A stretch of DNA of 47,649 nt, taken from Sarea resinae (lineage: Eukaryota). Below, in pieces: positions 47,401 to 47,649 of this stretch; position 1 is the stretch's first letter, and each line of letters opens with the position of its first letter. A program made the translations under genes and the position numbers. Below the pieces are notes generated by a model, which saw only the letters and a program-made list of their open reading frames with translations, had not been told where the DNA came from and ran no database searches. The DNA lies in contig JAPEUD010000006.1 of assembly GCA_026026165.1 (NCBI GenBank), positions 558,001 through 605,649 on the forward strand, given 5' to 3'.

Positions 47401-47649
47401 TCGATGTGAATTTTGAGTACAAGTACCCTTTCTTCCTTTCTTCGGACGGTTATATACTCATTAGGGGCTGGTTTGTTTGTTTAAATCCCCCCCCCTCCTC
47501 TTTTGGGGTTCTGCATACGTATATCTCTCTATGTTACAAGAAAACATATACAATACATACGATATCAAGATATCCATCTCAGTGATGCGGAACGTCGCGC
47601 AGTCAATCAGTCGGACACTCAGTCAGTTAGTCAGACCGTCAGTCAATTA

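Noticed and set aside
1..47649. CRISPR arrays, tRNA/rRNA genes, transposons
   Set aside because: I saw no repeat-spacer array, cloverleaf with A/B boxes, rRNA signature, transposase/RT ORF, LTR or TIR pair. The tandem repeats present are simple microsatellites.

Overview
This is a eukaryotic window from a filamentous ascomycete (Pezizomycotina-like). The evidence is short GT-AG introns with CTAAC/CTGAC-type branch points and microsatellite-rich intergenic DNA. I spliced 12 protein-coding genes by hand: a 3'-truncated kinetochore Fta4-like gene, a small secreted GPI-anchor-type protein, INO1, a paxillin-like LIM protein, an intronless Gln/Ser/Pro-rich hypothetical protein, COPI epsilon (SEC28), a HAD/MtnX-like phosphatase, a YCII-domain protein, PSD2, kinetochore DSN1/Mis13, the GATA factor NsdD and an HNM1/UGA4-type APC permease. 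All complete models give an intact frame from start to stop. I found no supportable tRNA, rRNA, CRISPR array or transposon. The best hidden signal is a spliced, ACG-initiated 32-codon uORF in the INO1 leader, which the ORF track cannot show and which may be a metabolite-sensing regulatory peptide. Weaker signals are uORFs before PSD2 and nsdD, a ~1.16 kb AUG-free leader rich in CNYTCNYT, a possible spliced non-coding transcript between DSN1 and nsdD, an H/ACA-like fold in an Fta4 intron and a dispersed TACGGAGTA motif. Gene identities come from motifs I recognise, not from database searches.
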